Source of the DNA: a virus
DNA: 64,000 nucleotides
Strand: one strand, 5' to 3'
IMG/VR virus record: IMGVR_UViG_3300042896_000283
Location: 1-64,000 of that record
Positions within the stretch are counted from its first letter, which is position 1. Each line of letters starts with the position of its first letter. Shown here one piece after another: positions 57,120 to 64,000 of the stretch. The notes under the pieces were generated by a model. That model was not told where the DNA came from. It was given only the letters and a program-made list of their open reading frames with translations, and searched no databases. A program made the position numbers and the translations under genes.

Positions 57120-57282
57120 AAGGGGAGAGAGTGGGTGTTATTATAACATATATACGATTTATGAGTGTGTTCGTAATATTGCAATGATTGTACCAATTTA
57201 TATACAACAAATATAAATCTTAATTCTCATATAATAAAATGGTTATGCTATATATTCTGCATAATATAGCATAACCTAAAAC

Positions 57283-57489
57283 TTATTTTAATCCATATTT
57301 AATCCACCTATACCAAACTCTTTCATGGATGTAGTATTGTATAGGTTTGTAAAGTAATTCTGCTATTCCAAATGCTGCTCCTATCTTAACAGATCCTGTT
57401 ATAACCAGCATTATTGTAAAGCCAATTAGTGTACTTAGAAGTCTATAACTAATTGTTTTTGCTATGTGTCTTTTCTTTTCAACATTCAT
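57283..57489 (-). CDS. DUF2061-like membrane protein
   Basis: AKTISYR...YYIHERVW. Confidence 0.8.
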   Translation of the reverse strand: MNVEKKRHIAKTISYRLLSTLIGFTIMLVITGSVKIGAAFGIAELLYKPIQYYIHERVWYRWIKYGLK

Positions 57490-57722
57490 TAGTCTAAGAT
57501 TACAACATCACCTTTCCAACTAATCTTATTTGGGTTACATGTTAAGTGATGTTTATTTACAAGTTCTTGTCTTGAGCTATCCCATACATCATCTCTTGTT
57601 GTATGAGTTGGAACATTAATAACTATATTAGCACATATATGTTCTACACCATCAATTAATATTCTCCAGAATGTATGATTATCATCACACAATGTATTAT
57701 ATCTAATTTGTACTAAACTCAT
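57489..57722 (-). CDS. Hypothetical protein
   Basis: Translationally coupled within sulfation operon. Confidence 0.7.
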   Translation of the reverse strand: MSLVQIRYNTLCDDNHTFWRILIDGVEHICANIVINVPTHTTRDDVWDSSRQELVNKHHLTCNPNKISWKGDVVILD

Positions 57723-58120
57723 AGCTTTCCATCTTTACGCATTTGTTCTCTGATCTTTGTAGCAGATATATCTCCTATCTCTGTAGGTGGAATATGTTCT
57801 ATAATATCATAACCAACACCTCTTCCAAACTCTACAGAACATATATCTGGAACTATCATGATTTTGATTCTTCCTTCTTCTATAAGAGAATGATAATGTG
57901 CATTTATGTTATCATATACTTCTTCTGCTGTAAAAGGATTCTTTTCATTCACTTGTCCATCACGAATGCATATAAGCACATTCTTTCCTTCATCTAGAGC
58001 TCCTTTAAACAAAGCTTGGTGCCCAAGGTGCAATGGTTGCCATCTTCCAATAAACATTGCAAACTGTCCTTCTTTAGAAGGAATTGATGATTCTACGTGT
58101 ATCTTTTTAGTCCAACTCAT
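57719..58120 (-). CDS. HxGH nucleotidyltransferase, candidate minimal ATP sulfurylase
   Basis: GRWQPLHLGH, NPF, GRGVGY, ISATKIR. Confidence 0.75.
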   Translation of the reverse strand: MSWTKKIHVESSIPSKEGQFAMFIGRWQPLHLGHQALFKGALDEGKNVLICIRDGQVNEKNPFTAEEVYDNINAHYHSLIEEGRIKIMIVPDICSVEFGRGVGYDIIEHIPPTEIGDISATKIREQMRKDGKL

Positions 58121-58560
58121 TTTATTAGTTTTAAAATTTTAGCAATTGATTCTTCTGGTGTATCATCTGTAGTATCTACATCAATAAAGTTCTCTAATGG
58201 AGCTTCATAATTTGCTACTCTGAAATGATCTCTTTCTCTAGGTGAGTCTGTATGAACATATAGTTCTATAAGATCTGCACCAAGCATAGATTTAAGTTCT
58301 TCTCTTTGCCATCTGTAAGGAGCAATAAGAGAAACCACCACTGTGTAATCTTGGTTATATAAATAGTGTGCTATCTTCTGTGCACCTTTAACATTATCTA
58401 TTCTTCCTTGTTCAGAGAAATCTACATTTAATGTAAGGGCTCTTAGATCATCACCATCTATATGAAATACTTTTCCATATTTTTCTAGTTCTTCTTTTAG
58501 TAATTTAGCCAACACTGTTTTACCATGTGAAGGCTGTCCTGTAAACCAATATACTGCCAT
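58117..58560 (-). CDS. cysC: Adenylylsulfate (APS) kinase
   Basis: WFTGQPSHGKT, IDGDDLR, FSEQGRIDN, SLIAPY, YEAP. Confidence 0.88.
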   Translation of the reverse strand: MAVYWFTGQPSHGKTVLAKLLKEELEKYGKVFHIDGDDLRALTLNVDFSEQGRIDNVKGAQKIAHYLYNQDYTVVVSLIAPYRWQREELKSMLGADLIELYVHTDSPRERDHFRVANYEAPLENFIDVDTTDDTPEESIAKILKLIK

Positions 58561-59429
58561 TATTTCAATGCTTTAATTATATCCTCACTATTAAATATAT
58601 TTCCTAGCTCTGTGTATGGACATCTAGAGATATCTTCGAATAATGGAAGTTTCTGTAAATATGCATTATCAAAGTTTAATTCTTTATCTGGAGTGTTAGC
58701 ATCTAAATTAGCATGCATATCATAACCAAACACTTTAGAACTTGTTCCTATCCAACATACAAGACTTGGTAATCCTAGAGCTGCAGCAATATGCATAGCA
58801 GATGAATCAATAAGAAGTCTTCTTTGTGCTAATGATAATAAAACAGCTATACTTCTGAATGAATCAAGAGCTCCTACTGTATCTGCATACATTGGTTGAT
58901 CCTCACGTTTGATATGTACAATTGTATAATCTTTTTTGTAATGTTGTATTACATCATTAATTACTGGAGCTGGAATATCTCTAACCCAACTATAGTTCAA
59001 TGGTTGATCTATTGGCCCACCATTAGGCTGTATAGCCATAATAGGTTTTTCTAATTGGTAGAATGGAGCAAAGTATTCCACTTCTGCTTTAGAGATAAAC
59101 AATTCAGGTAGTTCATTATTATATGGTACCTCACATAACTTACACCAGATTTCAATTAAATGTTTTGATTCTGTTAAGTAGTCTGATGTTGTATAAGGAT
59201 CTGTAATAAATACCTTTGCATCCTTACCTCCTATGTAATCTTTATATAATCCTAATGTAGTTCCATGAACTATCACCTTATTTACATTTGGATTACCAAT
59301 AAATACATCTGGGTAAGATGTAAGAACAATTACATTTGCTTTAGGGTGTTCAGTTCTAATAGCTTTTAATACAGCTGTAGATAAGATATTCTTACCTAAG
59401 CCTCCTGATATATCAAATATTATATTCAT
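58560..59429 (-). CDS. GT9-like (GT-B) glycosyltransferase
   Basis: Start re-called at MNIIFDISGGLGKNI; DSSAMHIAAALG. Confidence 0.8.
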   Translation of the reverse strand: MNIIFDISGGLGKNILSTAVLKAIRTEHPKANVIVLTSYPDVFIGNPNVNKVIVHGTTLGLYKDYIGGKDAKVFITDPYTTSDYLTESKHLIEIWCKLCEVPYNNELPELFISKAEVEYFAPFYQLEKPIMAIQPNGGPIDQPLNYSWVRDIPAPVINDVIQHYKKDYTIVHIKREDQPMYADTVGALDSFRSIAVLLSLAQRRLLIDSSAMHIAAALGLPSLVCWIGTSSKVFGYDMHANLDANTPDKELNFDNAYLQKLPLFEDISRCPYTELGNIFNSEDIIKALK

Positions 59430-59439
59430 AGTTGTTGGT

Positions 59440-60261
59440 TTATACGTATCCAAATTTCTTAAAGAACCAAGGATATGTGTTTTTAATTGATTGACAGTTT
59501 TCATATCCTAAGATTTCTTCAAAATCATCAGGCTTTCTTTCAAACTTAGATCTTAGTTTATGATCTCCATAGATACCATGTATAGCATCATTCTCATGTG
59601 TATGCTGTGTAACAGTTTCAAAATTGTGACCTTCATAATATGGAAGTTCCATATACTCATAAAAACGTCTCATTTCTTGTTCAGGGAAATCCATTAAGTC
59701 TTCATAACGAATAAATAATACATTCTTATCTATTCCTTGATCAAACATATCTTTTAGTCTATCCATAGATATACCAACTGGTGGTCCATCTGCCCATAGA
59801 TTAATTCTTTTTTGAAGAGTGGTACCTACTAATTGATTAGCATTTTGAATATGATTTTCTTGTGTAGGATTTTTACGAAAGTTTTTCTCCATAGAAGCAT
59901 AGACAGCACGTACATCTCTAATCATACATACCACTTTAGGAGCTATCATAAACTCACTAGCAAGATTAAAATGTATTCCCCATCCTCTATTCTTATCTAA
60001 TACATAAGGTTTATCTGTAAGGGCATTAAAATATCCATGCATTGCATTATGACAAAATCCTATAAATGCATTTTTCATTAGTTCAGCATCTTGTGCTTTA
60101 ACTTCTGATGAATGGTTATAGTTTGCTTTTGCTCCTAGAAGTAAATCTAAGAAACCTGATGTAGGTGTACAATGGAAATCTGGATTATCTGCTACAATAT
60201 TTTGCAGAAGAGTAGATCCTGCTCTAGGAAGAGAGGAGTTAAAAAAGATTCTTTTCTTCAT
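59440..60261 (-). CDS. PAPS-dependent sulfotransferase
   Basis: 5'-PSB SLPRAGSTLL; 3'-PB IRDVRAVYAS; IRYEDL. Confidence 0.9.
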   Translation of the reverse strand: MKKRIFFNSSLPRAGSTLLQNIVADNPDFHCTPTSGFLDLLLGAKANYNHSSEVKAQDAELMKNAFIGFCHNAMHGYFNALTDKPYVLDKNRGWGIHFNLASEFMIAPKVVCMIRDVRAVYASMEKNFRKNPTQENHIQNANQLVGTTLQKRINLWADGPPVGISMDRLKDMFDQGIDKNVLFIRYEDLMDFPEQEMRRFYEYMELPYYEGHNFETVTQHTHENDAIHGIYGDHKLRSKFERKPDDFEEILGYENCQSIKNTYPWFFKKFGYV

Positions 60262-60280
60262 AATTAATTGATTTTAGTTA

Positions 60281-60328
60281 CAAAGATAAATAAAAAAAGG
60301 ATAAGATTACTTAAAACCTTATCCTTTT
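60281..60328 (-). terminator. Terminator followed by promoter of the sulfation operon
   Basis: AAAAGGATAAG...CTTATCC-T7, then TATCTTTG at 60288-60281. Confidence 0.65.
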
Positions 60329-60350
60329 AATAAATTTATTGAAAAAATAC

Positions 60351-60674
60351 TTATGCTACAGTAGTTGTAGTAGTTGTAGTATCTTTTGCAATTTGCAATT
60401 CAGCAATCAAAGCATCAATAAGAGGTTTTAAAGCTTCATCATCTTTTACAGTGAATGAATCTTTATTTACCCATCTTACATCCTTATAACCAAAAAGGTT
60501 AATAGCATGAAAAGGAGAAATTAATGCAGGATTTTCTGCAGGTTTTTTAGCAAAGATTGCCTCTACTAAAGGAGTAACAGTAGTTAATGTATCTGTAGAT
60601 ACTTTTACTGATAACTCTTTTGAATTGATTTGGGTTTCGCCATATCCAAAGATATGAATTGTGAAATTTTCCAT
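60351..60674 (-). CDS. Protein with C-terminal Thr7 tail
   Basis: Ends KDTTTTTTTVA. Confidence 0.8.
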   Translation of the reverse strand: MENFTIHIFGYGETQINSKELSVKVSTDTLTTVTPLVEAIFAKKPAENPALISPFHAINLFGYKDVRWVNKDSFTVKDDEALKPLIDALIAELQIAKDTTTTTTTVA

Positions 60675-60716
60675 TGTTATAAATATTTATTGAAGTTAAA
60701 AAAAAAATTATTATTA

Positions 60717-61952
60717 TTAAGGAACTATTGTTAATGTAGTTCCATTTCTCCAAACTGAACCAGAGGGTAAACCAGCACTTGATGTTGGAATGTTTTTAAT
60801 TGATAGATTATTTACAAATGTAGCACAATGTCTATCGGCAGTTATATAAGAACCAGAAATTACAACAAGTTCAAAAGAAGAAGTAGAATTATTACGACCT
60901 CCTACAATAGATGAATGACTTGTAGAAACAGAGTTGTAATAACCTCCCCCAATAAATGAGCATTGACCAGAAGCGATATTACATTGACCACCTCCTACTG
61001 TTGCGTGATATGTAGAAGCAATGTTAGATTGACCACCTCCTACTGTTGTTGCAGTACAAGAAGCAGTATTAAGAAAACCACCCCCAACTGTTGAAAATTG
61101 ATAAGAAGAAATATTATCAGAACCGCCACCTACTGTTGATTTGTTTCCAGAAGCAGTATTATATACACCGCCACTAATTGTTGCTCTACTATAACTTGCA
61201 CTGTTATAACCACCGCCCCCAACTGTTGAAGAACTATCACAAGTAGTATTTTTATAACCACCACTAATTGTTGAGAATTTACCAGAAGCAAAATTTTGAC
61301 TTCCACCACCTACTGTTGATAAATTAGAAGAAGCAGTATTTAGACAACCTCCAGATACTGTTGATAAACAACCAAGTGAAGTGTTAGATTGACCACCGCC
61401 TACCGTAGATAGACAACCAAATGTAGCGTTATTTTGACCACCACCTACTATAGAAGCATATCCAGAAGCTGTATTGCTTCCACCGCCACCTACAAAAGCT
61501 ATTCTATTAGATGCAGTATTACCTTCTCCTCCAACAATTGCCGAGTTAATACCAGAAGCTGTATTACCAACACCTCCACTTACAGTTGAAGCTTCATTAG
61601 AAGCAATATTAAAAATTCCACCTCCAATTGTTCCATAATTACCAGAACTTTCATTACAACAACCTCCTCCAATTACTGAATTAAGACCACAAGAAGTATT
61701 GCAACTTCCACCACCAATTGTAGAATAGTTACCATTTGCTTCATTAATAATACCACCACTAATTACAGCATTTAATCCACTTGCGTCATTACCACCTAAT
61801 ACAGGTTCTATACCTGTACCATTAGCATTATATTTTAATGGACTAGATGCAGCTGGAGGAGATAATGATGTTATTAATTCATCAAGATTTAACCAATGAT
61901 CATATCCTTTTTGTTTCTTTTCCCAGAATCCTGGTTTAATAAATGTAGGCAT
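60717..61952 (-). CDS. Gly/Ser/Asn-rich beta-solenoid fibre protein, paralog of 51949..53424
   Basis: 14-aa repeats; start re-called at MPTFIKPGFWE; TAACTTTG at 61999-61992. Confidence 0.8.
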   Translation of the reverse strand: MPTFIKPGFWEKKQKGYDHWLNLDELITSLSPPAASSPLKYNANGTGIEPVLGGNDASGLNAVISGGIINEANGNYSTIGGGSCNTSCGLNSVIGGGCCNESSGNYGTIGGGIFNIASNEASTVSGGVGNTASGINSAIVGGEGNTASNRIAFVGGGGSNTASGYASIVGGGQNNATFGCLSTVGGGQSNTSLGCLSTVSGGCLNTASSNLSTVGGGSQNFASGKFSTISGGYKNTTCDSSSTVGGGGYNSASYSRATISGGVYNTASGNKSTVGGGSDNISSYQFSTVGGGFLNTASCTATTVGGGQSNIASTYHATVGGGQCNIASGQCSFIGGGYYNSVSTSHSSIVGGRNNSTSSFELVVISGSYITADRHCATFVNNLSIKNIPTSSAGLPSGSVWRNGTTLTIVP

Positions 61953-62060
61953 AATGTTTATATTTTTATTGAATAGCTTAACTAATGTAAGCAAAGTTAA
62001 TTATTAATTATTTAGTATGAAAGCATGTATATTAAATATCTGGTATAATATAGCTATTGA

Positions 62061-64000
62061 CTATCTTAGCCCATAATTAGATTGAACCTTTATACCAAGA
62101 TCTTTAGCAAGTGCTGGATAGAACATTGGTAAATATCCTTGCATTTGATTTGTAAAAGGAAATGTTTTCATTAGATATTTGATAACATGTGTTTTCTCAG
62201 CAGCTTCATCATCTCCTGTAAGCAATGCCCAATTCTCTTTACGGAAGTTATCCATTAATCTAGCAAAATTAGTTATTAATGCAGCCGATGGAAAGAACCC
62301 CTGAGATATAAGATCTAATCCACTAGTAGGATCATAGAAGTACATAAGCTCTCCTTTAAATTTATCTGTGGCTTTCATCATAAACTTATATTGATTTATA
62401 ACAAGTGGGTCTTCATCTTTATCTGGTGCAGCAGCTTTTAATGCAGCAATTGCTGTAAATACTATTGCTAAGAATACAACATCTACTAATTGAGATTTAA
62501 TATTTTGTCTAGCAAGATCTATGAATTCAGATTCTGTCATTTCAAGTGTCTTACCTGTTTCATTTTCATATTCATTTCTTTTCTTTTCAAACATATCTTT
62601 CATATATTCTACTCCCTTCTCATTACCAGTTAATGAATTATATAGTTTACCTAACCCTGATACAGGATTTGTAAGACTAAATTCATCTGTTAGCACTTTC
62701 ATCACCATTCTAGTTCTTCCCCATTCATAAGCATCAGAAGCAGAGTTGAATTTTAAACCACCTAAACGTACATCTACAAGTCTAGGAATCCAGTTCTTGA
62801 ACACCATGAATGATTTTCCAACTACACTCATGTTAATCATTCTAAGATCATCTTCAGATAGATTACCTAATGCATCTTTAGATACTTGTTGTACCTTTCT
62901 TCTAAGTTCTATTACAGAATCAGATTTTTGATCTATACCAGGAATAACAAACTTGTTATCAATAATCTCTCCAAGTTTTAACACTCCTTTTTCTTCAATA
63001 AGTCTTTTTACTTCTGCATCAAATTTTTCTTCATAAGCTTTTCTATCTGCTACAGATCCTTTATATTTATCTTGATACTCAGGTTGAGTTCTTAAATAAT
63101 CTCTAACATTTATTACTTTACCATCTTCTACAATTGAATTATTAAGAAAGGCATAGAAGTTTGATGTCTGTACATTTAAATCTGTTTGCTTCATTAATAT
63201 CAATAAGAAATCTTGTATACCTTCTTGTGATAGTGTATTCAAAGATAACTTTTTAGCAATTTCTCTATTATAGTTTTCTGTTAATGGTAAGAAATATTCT
63301 AATGCACCAAGCATTTTCTTTTGATCTGTACCACCAAACTTATTTGAGAAAATCATCATTTCTGCAGCTAGATAATCTTTCTTAGTAAAATATTTACCAG
63401 AGTTGATTAATGATTGAGCATTACCTCCAAAGAAGTTAGAAGAAGCAGAAAGAACATTAAATCCTAATGTTGTAATTTGAAATGTATTATTTAATTGATT
63501 AATTAATTTATTTACACTTAATTGTCTATTAGATATATCTTTTGGAAATACATCTACACCAAGTTTATTGTTTAGTGTTTCTCCCCATGTTCCCATTTTA
63601 GATAAAAGTTGATCAAATGCTTGACTATCTACAAACTTCTGTCCATAGATAATTGCTTTCATCATATCCTCTACAAGTTGAGAGTTTGCTCCTTTAGTTT
63701 CAGTATATTGTACTACACCATCTTTAATGTCAGTTTTACCAAACATAGATGTAGCTATAGACTTTTTATTTTTTTCAACAGCAACAATAGCCATCACTTG
63801 ATCTTCTATTTCACTTAAGTATTTATATCTAAGTGCAGCTTCATTATAAAATGCCATAGTTCTAAATAAATCAGTAGAAGTTTCTTGCTCTAAAGGTCTA
63901 GTAAAATATTTAGGTATCTTGTTTACAGGTTTTCCTGTATTAGGATCAATTTGTCCATATCCTATATCACCTTCATCTACAGATATATCAGTAAAGAATT
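62061..64000 (-). CDS. C-terminal part of a large virion (internal cargo-type) protein; runs off window end
   Basis: Frame stays open from 63857 to 64000; long helical protein typical of crAss-like late region. Confidence 0.7.
   Translation of the reverse strand, partial: FFTDISVDEGDIGYGQIDPNTGKPVNKIPKYFTRPLEQETSTDLFRTMAFYNEAALRYKYLSEIEDQVMAIVAVEKNKKSIATSMFGKTDIKDGVVQYTETKGANSQLVEDMMKAIIYGQKFVDSQAFDQLLSKMGTWGETLNNKLGVDVFPKDISNRQLSVNKLINQLNNTFQITTLGFNVLSASSNFFGGNAQSLINSGKYFTKKDYLAAEMMIFSNKFGGTDQKKMLGALEYFLPLTENYNREIAKKLSLNTLSQEGIQDFLLILMKQTDLNVQTSNFYAFLNNSIVEDGKVINVRDYLRTQPEYQDKYKGSVADRKAYEEKFDAEVKRLIEEKGVLKLGEIIDNKFVIPGIDQKSDSVIELRRKVQQVSKDALGNLSEDDLRMINMSVVGKSFMVFKNWIPRLVDVRLGGLKFNSASDAYEWGRTRMVMKVLTDEFSLTNPVSGLGKLYNSLTGNEKGVEYMKDMFEKKRNEYENETGKTLEMTESEFIDLARQNIKSQLVDVVFLAIVFTAIAALKAAAPDKDEDPLVINQYKFMMKATDKFKGELMYFYDPTSGLDLISQGFFPSAALITNFARLMDNFRKENWALLTGDDEAAEKTHVIKYLMKTFPFTNQMQGYLPMFYPALAKDLGIKVQSNYGLR

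Noticed and set aside
51949-61952. Diversity-generating retroelement or invertible fibre cassette
   Set aside because: No reverse transcriptase or recombinase in the window; the paralogs differ at all base types and share orientation
1-64000. Stop-codon reassignment as in some crAss-like phages
   Set aside because: Core genes are intact in the standard code, TAG and TGA end genes at sensible positions, and no suppressor tRNA is seen

Overview
AT-rich (roughly 30% GC by eye), standard-code fragment of a crAss-like (Crassvirales-type) phage, probably infecting a Bacteroidota/Flavobacterium-like host (TTTG-N19..21-TAnnTTTG promoters, no Shine-Dalgarno sites, signal peptides ending before Gln). 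Left end (minus strand): terminase N-terminus, Zn-finger, IHF-like and HTH genes. 4.1-47.6 kb (plus strand): small early genes; an intron-split AAA ATPase plus VWA partner; a 1 kb ncRNA operon; and the replication/recombination module (PolB, DnaB, SF2 helicase, Sak4-like ATPase, primase, UDG, rIIA/rIIB, exonuclease, RecA, dNMP kinase, MazG, thioredoxin, GroES, GT2). 47.6-64 kb (minus strand): basic virion-type proteins, a Dps-like protein, modular fibre proteins, a lysis cassette, a PAPS/sulfotransferase/GT9 operon and a large virion protein. Best candidate for a new system: a plant HPAT/SERGT1-like peptide O-glycosyltransferase whose neighbours all end in exactly seven Thr, linked to the sulfation operon, suggesting sulfated O-glycan decoration of the virion. 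Also notable: a tmRNA with a 34-codon tag followed by two tRNA-shaped RNAs with expanded anticodon arms; a group I intron in an ATPase Walker A; ten homing endonucleases, six with visible target duplications or replacements; and a UDG whose catalytic Asp is replaced by Cys. All family assignments are from motif recognition, not database searches.
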